A stretch of DNA of 64,000 bases from Paraspadella gotoi (Eukaryota > Animalia > Chaetognatha): the NCBI GenBank assembly GCA_051294375.1, contig CM119265.1, positions 23,652,669-23,716,668 of the forward strand, in the 5' to 3' direction. Below are positions 1 through 12,428 of this stretch, piece after piece (within the stretch, counting starts at the first letter, position 1; each line of letters opens with the position of its first letter). The notes beneath the pieces are model-generated. The model was not told the DNA's origin, did no database searches, and saw only the letters and a list, made by a program, of their open reading frames with translations. The translations under genes and the position numbers were made by a program.

Positions 1-124
1 CAGAGAGAAGTCGTTAGGACTGTGGTTGGAAACACTACGCCTGGGATGGTGTGTTCCCCCTGTGAGCCAATGGGATTTGCTGGAAGGGGGATGGTGGAGG
101 TGAGGCGGTGTGAATATACCGCCA

Positions 125-255
125 CACTATGTTATTATCTTGTGATGGAGGCCTTTAACCACCAAAGCCTGTCCAAAGTCAGGGGCAAGATAGCTTAGTT
201 ATTAACTGATGAGATAATTGTTATATTGGTTTTACCAGGTTCATATAAAATATAA
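125..255 (+). mobile_element. Dispersed repeat family X, copy 1 (retroposon 3'-end-like)
   Basis: ctatgttattatct...ggcctttaaccaccaaagcctgtccaaagtcaggggcaagatagctta...gataattgttatattgg...acca is shared with 5420-5585, 44675-44840 and the reverse complement of 58321-58440. Confidence 0.6.
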
Positions 256-573
256 TATAATATATATATTATATATACTGATTGTTTCTGTTGTTATTTT
301 TCCCCTTTAATTTATCAATTTGTGTACCTATCTATCTATCTATCGATCTCCCTTTTGTTTTTGTTTTTTTTATTCTTCTTTTCTAATCTCTTCTTTCCTG
401 TCGTTCCTCTTATCTTTTTCTATTCAATGCTCTGTCTTTCTTCTCTTCCTTTTATCTTCTTTTTTCTCTTCTCTTTTTCCTCTCTCTTTCTTTTCTTCAC
501 TTATCTTTCATCTCTTCCCTATCTTCTCTTTTCTCCTCTCTTTCTTCTCTTTTCTCTTACCTATCTCTTTCAG

Positions 574-668
574 GCTACGTGGTGAGCATCCCCGAATTCA
601 ATGAAGTGACCATTGAGGGGATCGGAGACGAATATCAATTCTCTCTTCTTCTCTACTACGGGAGACAG
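574..668 (+). CDS. Internal coding exon of an unidentified protein (xYVVSIPEFNEVTIEGIGDEYQFSLLLYYGRQ)
   Basis: A long polypyrimidine tract ends in tttcag| at 573, and a cag|gtgatg donor follows 668. The frame is open, of normal complexity amid low-complexity flanks, and ends in phase 0, matching the exon at 3227. Confidence 0.7.
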
Positions 669-676
669 GTGATGAT

Positions 677-812
677 CATTGCTCTCCATTGCTGTCCATT
701 GCTGTCCATTCCGGTCCATTGCCTCCATTGCTCTCTATTGCTGTCCGTTGCTGTCCATCGATGTCCATTGATGTCCAATGCTGACCATTGCTGTCCATTG
801 CAGTCTATTGCC
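677..812. repeat. 10-bp minisatellite (ccattgctgt)n
   Basis: About 13 degenerate tandem units lie directly after the exon donor. Confidence 0.85.
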
Positions 813-1605
813 ATCTCTGAGAACTGCTATAGTCGTCTTCTATATACAGCAGATGAAAATAGATTGGTAAATGGTTATTCTTGGCGAGAAGTTAATGACG
901 TTTCCATATCTGTGCGATGGTTTTTTTTCGAAGCAATTCTTGTTGACCTCATTATAGATTTAACAGTTTTCGATAATTTCAGAAGAAAAAAAAATTCTTT
1001 TCTCAAAAAAATGAACCTATATTACCGGAAGAAACAAGACTCTTCAACGTCCTACCGCGAGTGATCTCTTTTTCTTTCGCCGATTTTTTTAATTTCCTCT
1101 TCTAAATTGAAATATGCGCGTTCCCCCTTTCTCCCTCTTCATTCGTGGTCAGTGGTGCGCGCAGGGCAGCGAGAAGCCGTGGTCGCCCGAATGCAAAGCG
1201 GCGAAAATTGCGGATTTGAATCTCTGTTCAATCATGCTGCATTCGAAGAGAAAGGTGGGACTGAGTAGGGGTCGTGTCGTTGTTGTCCTCTTCTCGTTTT
1301 TGATGCTGCTGATGCTGCTGCAATTGTTGTCGTTGGCGTTGCTGCTGCTGCTGCTATCGTCTTGTCGTTGTTGTTATCGTTGTTTTTCAAAAGAGACTCC
1401 AAACCTTGATCAGGTGGTGAGGAGATGCGGTGAGGGAGGTGCCGGAGATGCTTGACTGATTAGGCTTGACAGGTGCGGGAGACGTTGAGTGACGCGATCG
1501 TGAATGTGAATGTGATGAAATAACGAGAGAGACACCTGTGAACGTTGGCCAAAAAGTCGGGAGTGATGCTGAGATGAGGTGAGGACGAAAATCTAAGCTG
1601 AACAA

Positions 1606-1792
1606 AAAATATGTGGCCAACGATGTTTGGCCTAAAAGATGTGGCCAACTATGTTTGGCCTAAGACAATACTCCCTTAGGCGTCGCCTTCGACCACAAGT
1701 GTTTTGTGGGTCTTAGCCCAATCCAGTGGGCCTTAGGCGTCGCCACCGTCGCCCACAAGTATTTGGTAAGTCTTAGCCCAATTCTGTGGGCC
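1606..1792. repeat. Two adjacent dimer repeats (~28 bp x2 and ~58-60 bp x2)
   Basis: atgtggccaacNatgtttggccta occurs twice, then ccttaggcgtcgcc...ccacaagt...gtcttagcccaat...gtgggcc twice. Confidence 0.8.
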
Positions 1793-1993
1793 GGGCGGGG
1801 TGCGTCGCCATATGGGATCTAAAGTATGGCGCATAGAGCAGGCGTGAGACGCGCGATGGGATTGTAATGGTACGCTGAAGTAGCGCGACACCAACGTAGC
1901 GAAGAATTTGACGATGAATAATTCAGACTTTTTTTTGTTCGGCGCTTTCTCTCTCTCTCTCCTCTCGTCTCTCTCTCTCTCTCTCAATCTTCT

Positions 1994-2030
<37 letters not shown>

Positions 2031-2082
2031 CTCTCACTCCGAATAACTCTTTCTCTCTTTCTCTTCCTCTCTCATATCACGT

Positions 2083-4049
2083 CTCTCTCTCTTTTTCTGC
2101 ACTCCGAGGATAATTATATTTTTTCGTCTCTCGTCTCTCTCTCTCTTCTCATCTCTCTTCTCTCTCTCGTCTCTCTCTCTCTCATTCCTTTTCGTTCACT
2201 CGAGTAGATTGTCCGCGTGACAAAAATCAACTGCGAAAAATTGGAGCTGGAATGAAAAGGGAAAAGAAAGAAAAAAGAAAAAAAGGAAAAGACGTGACGC
2301 CGCACAAATATTTCACGTCGTTGATGTGAACTCAAAAATGGTTCACGTGACGAAATGCTCTCATTTTCTGTGTTTGTATTCCATCTTTAGAAGTGTAAAC
2401 AAATTTATTGAATATATTTTTTTTTGATTTTCTAAAATCTTGGGGTTTTTTTTTTATTATCAAACTACTCAACATTTTTCGCACAACATCTGTTAAATTA
2501 TATAAAATTTACCTTTTGACTTCGTTTTCTTACGATTTATCTATTTAGACTTTTTAGTATTAGACTTCCTCTCTCAAGATTGGAATGATTTGACTAGCAT
2601 TTTGTTGATCAAAACTTCTTCCAACTGTACTATCCCCTCGATAGGCGTCGCTCCCGCCTTGATAAGTCTTTCCTCGTAAAAAAAAAAGAACATCGCTATT
2701 TTCTTCGCGTAGATAATCGGTAAAGAAAATTAAGAAATTAGCGAAAGGATAAATCGGAGCCGGAACGAATGATCGAAGAGGCAACGAAAAGAAGGAGAGA
2801 AGAGACTCACGTTGTCTCGTTTCGCCAAAATGATTCCGTCGAAAAGATCGAAAAATCCGGCGGATTTGATTATCGGGATTTCGTTCGCCGTCGCCATCGG
2901 AGTTTCATTGATCGGAGTTATCGTCTTCTTTTGCGTCGTCCGACCTTATTTAAAGGAAAAGGTAATATTTTAAAGCCATGACAATTGTAATGACCTTCGC
3001 TGTATGTCTTCACTATTGTAAAAGGTGTTTTTAATAGCAATTAACCGGTGAAAAAAGTAACAAAGGCGATACAATTGAAATGCAGTGTTACAAACAGCTT
3101 ATTAGGAAAAGCTTTTTCGAGTGCTTCCTTGATATCGCAGAAGGAATTTCTTCTGGACACATATCAGAGTCATACCTTTTCACTCCTTTTACCACCCCTA
3201 CCCCTGCCACCCTCCCCCCCCCCAAGTCTTTCGAAGGCACGGGCATCGTCGTCGGCGAGGAATACTACGACCCCGAGACGGCGAAGCAGTTTCGCCGTCA
3301 AAAACGACGCGAGGCCAACGCGAATCGACTCAGCCAAGAGAGCGCCTTGCTGGAGCTGCAGCGGCAGCAGCTGGAGCAAATTAAGCGAGAGCAGTTGCGG
3401 CGAGAGTGGCAGCAGTGGAACGAGAACTACTTTGAGGAACAGAACGACGGAAGCGGCGTCGGCAGCGGAAGCGGAAGCGGTAGCGGGAACTTTAGCGTTA
3501 GCGTTTACGATAGCGGAAGCGAGGGTAGGAGCGAAGAATGGCACGATAAGACGGCCGAGAGTAGGAGCGGCGATGGAGCTACTATTTACTTGTCCCTCCA
3601 AAGTGAACCGGACGAAAATGTTCCGCTGTTGGGGGCGAGATAAAAATGGGAAAGGTTCGGCCAATCGAGTCCTATCTCTTGAAAACAAAACCGGTCAGAG
3701 ATTTTGTAAAACCCCAAAAAGAGAAAATATATTTTCTGTCCTCGTCGTCAGTCGTCGCCAATGGCTCGGAGCGGAACGGGAATCAAACAAAAGACAAACG
3801 CTAATTAATAAGAACCTAACAACGAAAAGATATGTCTTTGGCGTTTTGTTTAGAGAGATTAGTTCTAATTTAGGTTAATTTATCTATTTTAATTCAGCCA
3901 GCAATTATCTATGAATTGTTTTTTTTCCTTATTCNNNNNNNNNNTTTTGTTTAGTGAGATTAGTTCTAATTTAGGTTAATTTATCTATTTTAATTTAGCC
4001 AGCAATTATCTATGAATTCTTTTTTTTCCTTATTCTTGCCGCTGTTTTA
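2083..4049 (+). repeat. Copy A of a ~1.9-kb direct duplication (copy B 7050-8952)
   Basis: Colinear from tttttctgcactccgaggataat to ttcttgccgctgtttta in both places. Confidence 0.92.
3227..3643 (+). CDS. Probable terminal coding exon of the same unidentified protein (SFEGTGIVVGEEYYDPETAKQF...DENVPLLGAR*)
   Basis: A C-rich tract plus aag| acceptor at 3226 gives a phase-0 start within ORF 3080-3643. Codons are GC-rich. The peptide has a Q/E/R-rich helical segment, a GS linker, then a TAA stop. Confidence 0.7.
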   Translation, partial: SFEGTGIVVGEEYYDPETAKQFRRQKRREANANRLSQESALLELQRQQLEQIKREQLRREWQQWNENYFEEQNDGSGVGSGSGSGSGNFSVSVYDSGSEGRSEEWHDKTAESRSGDGATIYLSLQSEPDENVPLLGAR

Positions 4050-5419
4050 GATATCAAGCAACGCCAAGTAAATAAAAAGCTAGTTTAATAAACATTACCC
4101 GCAGCCTGAAAATCGCGGTCTTCAGCAATCGTTTACTCTCCCGACGGCTTCGCCTCTCCGCGTAGGTTTGAGAGGGTTCGTTTCCACCCTTCCATGTCCG
4201 TTGCCATTTCAAGAAAGGTTGAATTGTAAGTGATTAAGAATATGTGCTGTAATGGCAGCAACCTGTTTTTTTATCTCTTTTCAAAATAGCCTGAAAGTTA
4301 ATTATTTGAATGATAAAAATATGATGTGCAATAAAATGAGATCATTTGAAGAGAACACAATAAAGTTTGTAACAGACGTAATATTGTACATAAGGCAGTC
4401 CCTGAGCTTCGTATCAGGCTGTACTGACAAGCTAAAAGCGAGTTGATACTTATTTTTAAAAAAATATTACCCTCTAATCTAAGCCACGCTGAACCCTAAA
4501 TTATTATTAGTATTACCGCTAAATTAATTATTAATATTAACCCCACAAATTGTTGACCCTCGTAACCTAACCACTCCTAACCATAAGAGCCACACACCTA
4601 ACCCCGGTCCGCCGAATGTAAAATTATTCCTGAATCATAATATTTCTATATGTTTTTCCAAAATAATTAAATAAGCTATTGACTATGGATTATTTACATT
4701 TCTTAAATGTTAGGATTTGCTCTGGAGCGCGATTTGCTCTGGTTGCGTCGCCCGCCTCCGACCGCCGATGAGCGTACCTCTCACTCAATGACGGATCCAC
4801 GCTTTCCGACGTTTCAGCTAAGCCTCAGTCTCCGTCGTAGTAACCTTTTTTCGGCGCAGGCTTTCCGTCGCATCTTTGGTTCCAAATATTCCGGCCGCCT
4901 GACCGTCGGCCGCCTTCCTGGTGACTTTAAAGGGCACAGACGCTCTTTTTTCCCGCTCTTAAAGAATAATTCTACTCTGGGCTTTGCGTCACGGCCCCTC
5001 CGCCAAAGAGACTATGAGGCAATGAGACTACACTGATCAGGCTCGCGTCCATGCTGCCGCCGCGACGCTGCGCCTCAATACCAAGCCACTCTTCCCCCGC
5101 CCGACTTGCGAACATGAGAGTCTCGCGGCGCTGCTGTCTGTTTGCAAGAAAAACCCAGAGAGGGAATGCGTTACCAGAAGTTATCCGCTCAAGGAACGAC
5201 GTGACGGGAGCTGATCTGGTCTTTTTCATAGTTTTTTGGTGGAAAGTACCTTTGATAATAATGTGTCTTAGTAGTTGTTTTTTCTCAGCGGCGCATGTAC
5301 CGTTTGCGTCTAAACTAACATTTTATAGAATTTTTTTAAAAAAATTAAAGCGTTAATTTTATATTCACTGGCATCGGCGCAGCAATTGCAATTATAAGAT
5401 ATAATAATTATAAGATTAT

Positions 5420-5585
5420 AAGAAAGCCTTTTGACAGGGACTGCTATGTCATTATTCCGTTGATACAGAGTGATGAGCCTTAACAGCCGCAAACCTGTTC
5501 CCAAAGTACCCAGGGGCAAGATGCTTATTTATTAAATGAATGGATAATTTTTATATTTGGTGTACCAATTTCATAATAAATAAAT
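5420..5585 (+). mobile_element. Dispersed repeat family X, copy 2
   Basis: cagggactgctatgtcattatt...cctgttcccaaagt...caggggcaagatgctta...aatgaatggataatttttatatttggtgtaccaatt followed by an (AATA)-like tail. Confidence 0.6.
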
Positions 5586-7049
5586 AGAAATAATTAGTTA
5601 AAAGCTATCTTTTGCTAGATTAAATAAAAGTTTATTTGGACAGCCTGACCTTTACAGTTAAGATGGTACAAAATCCATTTTCAATTTTTATCATTGTCCA
5701 TAGGGTTTTTACTGGATCGATTGTCTCCAAACACTGGTAGTAGTTTGGTATTTTTTTTTTTAAATTGTGAGATTTGGTTTTAAATTATTTGATAAGAGCT
5801 TTATATTTATAATAGCTTTGTGTCATTAATCTAACCGTTTTGCAATAGATTCACCACTTTTATTTTTTTTTGTTTAAAATCGCTCTTCCTTTATTCTTCA
5901 GTTCTGAGCATGATTAGGTAATTACCAGTAATTTAAGAAATGCATTGAAGGTTAAATCAGAGCTAGAAACGAGCTAGACGGGGCGGAGAAAGGATCGGCG
6001 CTTTAGCACGAATGAGATTCGTTCCTCCAGACTGCTGTCAATGATAGAGGAGCGGCAGTAAGTGATGCCCTGGACGGTCGTTCTACGACCTCTCCATCAA
6101 GTATTTGAGTCCGTTGCCCAACTATTGATTCGCCCACCACAATCTTGGACGCTGGGGTGCGAATGTCGGCAAGGAGACTGGATGGCGCGCAACGCCGGGC
6201 AAAGGTCGGGACAGGAGTGGCTTCGGCCGTCCAAGGAACGGCTGCATCTGCGAATGAAAATCTACCATGTTGAATTCGTTTTGGGAGGAGAAAAGTTTAT
6301 TTTTTTTAAAAACAAGTAATCGATGCAAAAATGGTAAGAAAAATAATGTCACTGTAAATGCTAAAAAATAGTAAGAAGGTAAAGCGTCTGTTAAAGTCGT
6401 AACCTGAACCGATGGTTAAGATATGTAGTCTGCCTGTGTCGGCGGTCGTTATACGAAATAAAAGTTTAAATTATCCTCTGTCATGGCAGTAAGATAAAAT
6501 TGCTCAACCCGCATAGTTGGTATTTAATTATCAATCCACATACTATATGAATTACTGATATAAAGCACTTTAATATCACCTTGTTGCGTCGTTATAAATT
6601 AGTGTTCCTATATCAATATTTTCTTTCCGAGTAGTTACAGCATCCGTAATTTTCGCATTTATTTCTAGTTGGGTGGCCCCGGAGAACGAGGATTTGCACT
6701 AGCTTTAGCCTAGATTCTGGTCGTGACTATAGATGTGTACTGACGTAGGTTCTCAAAGGTTCCTTGTTCATGAGTTAACCCACTGTTTTTGCGCGTCCGG
6801 GGTTGAGCGGCGAAAGTTGATCCCTCGGCAAGGCGCTATTTTTTCGGGGTCTTTCGTTTGTTTGCCCATAGTGCAACTCTTTGAAACGCATGGACGCGAT
6901 TTAATGAAATTTTATATCAGTAATTAGACGTATTCCAGACGTCGATCGGTAAATACCAAATTTATCGAAATCGACCCACCAGGGACAAAGACGGGATGTA
7001 GTTGGCTCCTACTCTCCTGCTCTGGCTCTTTTCCTCTTTTCTCTCTCTC

Positions 7050-7107
7050 TCTCTCTCTCTTTTCTGCACTCCGAGGATAATTTATTTTTGTTCGTCTCTC
7101 TTCTCTC

Positions 7108-7157
<50 letters not shown>

Positions 7158-8952
7158 ATTCCTTTTCGTTCACTCGAGTAGATTGTCCGCGTGAACAAAA
7201 ATCACACTGCGAAAAATTGGAGCTGGAATGAAAAGGGAAAAGAAAGAAAAAGAAGAAAGGAAAAGAGGAAAGCGTGACGCCGCACAAATATTTTCACGTC
7301 GTTGATGTGAACTCAAAAATGGTTCAGTGACGAAATGCTCTCATTTTCTGTGTTTTGTATTCCATCTTTAGAAGTGTAACAAATTTATTGAATATATTTT
7401 TTTTTGATTTTCTAAAATCTTGGGGTTTTTTTTTTATTATCAAACTATCAACTTTTTCGCAGCAACATCTGTTAAATTATATAAAATTTACCTTTTGACT
7501 GTCGTTTCTTACGATTTATCTATTTAGACTTTTTAGTATTAGACTTTCTCTCCTCAGATTGGATGATTGACTAGCATTTTGTTGATCAAAACTTCTTCCA
7601 ACTGTACTATTCCCCTCGATAGGCGTCGCTCCCGCCTTGATAAGTCTTTCCTCGTAAAAAAAAAAGAACATCGGCTATTTTCTTCGCGTAGATAAGTGTA
7701 AAAGAAAATTAAGAATTAGCGAAAGGATAAATCGGAGGCCGGAACGAATGATCGAAGAGGCACGAAAGAAAGGAGAGAAGAGACTCACGGTTCTTTCGTG
7801 CAAAATGATTCGTGAAAAGATCGAAAAATCCGGCGGATTGATATTCGGGATTCGTTCGCCGTCGCCATCGGAGTTTCATTGATCGAGTTATCGTCTTCTT
7901 TGGCGTCGTCCGACCTTATTTAAAGGAAAAAGGTAATATTTTAAAAGCCATGACAATTGTAATGACCTTGCCTGTAATGTCTTCACTATTGTAAAAGGTG
8001 TTTTTAATAGGCAATTAACCGGTGAAAAAAGTAACAAAGGCGATACAATTGAAATGCAGTGTTACAACAGCTTATTAGGAAAAGGCTTTTTCGAGTGCTT
8101 CCTTGATATCGCAGAAGGAATTTTCTTCTGGACACATATCAGAGTCATAACCTTTTCACTCCTTTTACCGACCCTACCCGCCACCTGCCTGCCACCACCT
8201 CCCCCCTCATCCCCCCCCAAGTCTTTCGAAGGCACGGGCATCGTCGTCGGCGAGGAATACTACGACCCCCGAGACGGCGAAGCAGTTTCGCCGTCAAAAA
8301 CGACGCGAGGCCAACGCGAATCGACTGCAGCAAGGAGAGCGCCTTGCTGGAGCTCAGCGGGCAGCAGCTGGAGCAAATTAAGCGAGAGCAGTTGCGGCGA
8401 GAGTGGCAGCAGTGGAACGAGAACTACTTTGAGGAACAGAACGACGGAAGGCGGCGTCGGCAGCGAACGGAAGCGGAGCGTAGCGGGAACTTTAGCGTTA
8501 GCGTTTACGATAGCGGAAGCGAGGGTAGGAGCGAAGAATGGCACGATAGAGACGGGCCGAGAGTAGGAGCGGCGATGGAGCACTATTTACTTGTCCTCCA
8601 AAGTGAGCCGGACGAAAAAATGTTCCGTCTGTTGGGGGCGATATAAAATTGGGAAAGGTTCGGCAATCGAGTCTCCTATCGTCTTGAAAACAAAACCGGT
8701 CAGAGATTTGCAAAACCCCAAAAAAGAGAAAATATATTTTCTGTCCTCGTCCGTCGATCTTCGCCAATGGCTCGGAGGCGGACGGGAATCAAACAAAAGA
8801 CAAAAGGTAATTAATAAGAACTAACAACGAAAAGATATGTCTTTGGCGTTTTGTTTTAGGAGATTAGTTCTAATTTAGGTTAATTTATCTATTTTAATTC
8901 AGCCAGCAATTATTATGAATTGTTTTTTTTCCTTATTCTTGCCGCTGTTTTA
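7050..8952 (+). repeat. Copy B of the ~1.9-kb direct duplication
   Basis: Same sequence as 2083-4049 with scattered single-base indels. Confidence 0.92.
8222..8646 (+). pseudogene. Frameshifted duplicate of the 3227-3643 exon (probably an assembly artefact rather than a true pseudogene)
   Basis: Near-identical DNA with many 1-2 nt indels. The peptide is split across ORFs 8054-8566 and 8344-8646. Confidence 0.6.
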
Positions 8953-9103
8953 AATGTTCATTTAAAGCTTATGTATTAAATATTTGTTTTGTTTCATTTT
9001 TTATTTTAACGCATTCGGAATTGAATTTCAGGTAAGTACATTTTCATTCATCTATTTGTTTGTTTGTGAAAGTGAGAAAGGAAGTGATGAGCGTGGTCAA
9101 ACC

Positions 9104-9137
<34 letters not shown>

Positions 9138-9188
9138 AGAGGAGAGAGAGAGAAGAAGAGAGANNNNNNNNNNNNNNNNNNNNNNNNN

Positions 9189-9224
<36 letters not shown>

Positions 9225-11145
9225 CTTGGAGATTGATCGAAAACTCGCTATGACATCTGACCGAGCGTGGGTGGAGTCCGAAAACAAGATGCTCCTGTAT
9301 GTACTGAATCAACCTTGTTGAATTCGAAATAAAACGCTTATATATAAAAGTTAAAACCTTTATTATCGATGTCGTTATTATGGTTAATATTATTTAATTT
9401 TAAATTACGATTTACGCATACATCGTCGAAGTATCATTAATTGGTTCGAACAGAAGGAGTTTTAAAGATAAAAGAGAGAATTTGGTAAATTGGTAGTATA
9501 ATTTTACTAAACGAGTTTCTTTTATTTTGTTATCGTCGCAATCGATAATTTTGTTTTGTTTTGTTTCGTTTTGTTTTTTGTTTACTAACGAAAAACCTGC
9601 AACGATAAAAACGCCTGTAGAAAATCGCGCGGTTTCACTAAATCCGGGTTTTAAATTTATTTCTTTTTTTTTCGCCATTAACTTGAAGGCTTAAGGCTTA
9701 AGTTTTAAAGTATCGCGGTTTTTTTTTTTATTTCCCCGAAATGCGAGGCGCGATTCACACTCGCTCCTAATTTCGACGGCAGAGGTCGTTCCTTCCTCGA
9801 CTTTCCAATTCCCCCCCACTTCTATGACGTCGCGCCCCCCAAAGTCTACCCCCTCGGCCCCGATCATCTTATGCACAACTCTTTCCCACGATCCCTAATT
9901 TCACAAATCGCGAATCGATCACCAAATTTTCCTCTTTTCCTCCACTCTCCTTTTTTCCCTTTTTTCCTTTTTTCCTTTTTCTTAAAATTAAAAAAAAAAA
10001 ANNNNNNNNNNNNNNNNNNNNNNNNNNNNNNNNNNNNNNNNNNNNNNNNNNNNNNNNNNNNNNNNNNNNNNNNNNNNNNNNNNNNNNNNNNNNNNNNNNN
10101 NNNNNNNNNNNNNNNNNNNNNNNNNNNNNNNNNNNNNNNNNNNNNNNNNNNNNNNNNNNNNNNNNNNNNNNNNNNNNNNNNNNNNNNNNNNNNNNNNNNN
10201 NNNNNNNNNNNNNNNNNNNNTAAAACCATTTGTAAACAAAAAACAAATAAACAATAAAAAGCAAAGCTGTTTCATGAAGCGGCAAAAAGGAAAAAAAAGC
10301 AAAAGGTAAAGAAAAGCAAAAAAGTTAAATTTCTTCAAGTTTAACCGCGGGATTAATTTGTTTTTACTTTAGTCTTTATTACTCGCAGTAATCTAATTAA
10401 AACGATATAATCGGAGAAATATTGGTTCCTAATGCATGGAAGTTAGATTTTCCATGTGTTGGCCGGTTGTAGGGCGATTGAGAAGAAAATTAACACAATT
10501 TTTTTTTGAAATTAAAACAACAAGGTTGGGATTCATTGCAGTTTAATGATTATTTCACATCCCACCTCGATGTCGTTTAATAAAATTAACGATTACATTA
10601 ATCGTTACTCATGAGCGTATAAATAATAATTACAAATCGTAACTGGTTTCTTGCAAAAGTGATTACAAATTGAGCGCAGGTGAAGAATTAGCGTAAATTC
10701 GATCGAAAATAAATCTGCCGGAAAATTGGATCAACAAACCGAAATTTGGTGAACCATGAATCGATTGCTAGGCTCTCTCTCTCTCTCTCTCTCTCTCTCN
10801 NNNNNNNNNNNNNNNNNNNNNNNNNNNNNNNNNNNNNNNNNNNNNNNNNNNNNNNNNNNNNNNNNNNNNNNNNNNNNNNNNNNNNNNNNNNNNNNNNNNN
10901 NNNNNNNNNNNNNNNNNNNNNNNNNNNNNNNNNNNNNNNNNNNNNNNCTCTCTCTCTCTCTCTCTCTCTCACGATCGTTAAAACTTTTTCCTCTGAACTG
11001 TACTCGTACAGAGTCGTCTGTCTGTCACAGAAAACTCGCAACTTATAAAACTGCGTTTTACTCTTAAAAATTAGTCGAAATTCGAACGATATTTATTTAA
11101 ATTTATCATGACGACGAATCTTTTTCCGACGACGTCGTACTTGTT

Positions 11146-11178
<33 letters not shown>

Positions 11179-12428
11179 TTCGTGGTTTTTAGACGAGCTC
11201 TTTATCGATGCCAAGTTCTCTCTTGTCTCCGTCGAGTTTCACGTATTCGGAGAAGTTCAGGTTCATCTAGATATCAAATCTTTTTTAATTGTTAAAAAAA
11301 CAAATTAAATTTAATCGAACAAAACACCAAGCTACAAACTAATTTAATTGTCATAAGTTGAGCTGTTTTTGCAAATTTTTCTTTGTTTAATCTAATGGAA
11401 TTAACCTCGCTTTTATTTATTTATTATATTAGTTTAGACCGGGACCGGAACCGGACGAAACCCAACCGCACACCATTCGCCGATGTTTTAAAACTATCCA
11501 ATCGCCCCTGGACTCAAATATCCAACCCCCCGAACTTACCTAACTGGCCCCCTCCTGCTCCCCGCCCTCCCAGCCCCAAAAAAAAACACACCCAGCAAGT
11601 TTCCAATTAAAACTCCGGTCACAGGGCGTCGTTTTTCGCGCCAACGCCGTCGCTTTCGCCCGCGCGGCGTCGCTAGTCGGTCACGTGCGCAACGCCGTCT
11701 CGCGTCGGCGCGGTCGACGCCGCAAGGCGGTGGTGGGCGTGGTCCAGGGCGTCCGAAAACAGGTGTGGGGGGCGGGGGTGAATAGAATTGGGACTGAGGA
11801 GGTGAGGGACGTGGAGAAATGGGAGGTAAGGAAAGGAAGTAAGAAGAAAAAATAATTAAAAATTAAAGTTTTGTGTAATTTTCCGGTGAACTGGTCTCTT
11901 GTCTTGTGAGCCGCGTGGAACCAAGGTGACGTTAGTTTCGAAAGCGCGGGTCAGCGGTGGCGAATTTTAATTTATGATTCCAAAACCCTAAATAAGTAAA
12001 TTCCTTGAATCAAATTACTATTTAGTATGAAGTAAGTAAAAGCCACAATGGCAAAATGTTAAGCACATTTGTCTAAGGAACTTGAACAAACTTGTATCGC
12101 TGTCGTCGTGGTCGTCGTCGTGGTCATCGTCGTCGTCATCGTCGTCATCTCTTCTCCAAGGCCGAGGGTGACGACCGGAAGTCGTCGCACACCCGCGTCT
12201 CCGAAATCTGTGGGCGTGGCAACGAAGGAGGCGTGGCATAGAGGGCGCGCGAAACAGAACGAGGCGGGCGTGAGGGCGAAGTTAGATGGACGTAATAGGG
12301 AAAGAAAGGGGGGCGTAGGGGGAGAGTTGGAGCTGAGTTGTTGTTGTTGTTGTTGTTGTTTTTTGTTTTTGTTGTTGTTGTTGTTGTTGTTCTTGTTCTT
12401 GTCTTCGTTCTCTTCGATCTTATTCAAC

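Noticed and set aside
3080-3226. ATG-initiated N-terminus of ORF 3080-3643
   Set aside because: This AT-rich then poly-C segment ending in an acceptor is better read as intron; coding-like composition starts at 3227.
125-5500. Hammerhead ribozyme in family X (tgatgag cc ttaa...aaa.cctgtc, Penelope-like)
   Set aside because: No copy has an intact CUGAnGA plus GAAA core or a paired stem II, and copy 4 lacks the segment. An Infernal search on the family consensus would settle it.
9020-9040. Perfect splice donor cag|gtaagt
   Set aside because: No upstream acceptor or coding-like exon could be paired with it; isolated donors occur by chance.
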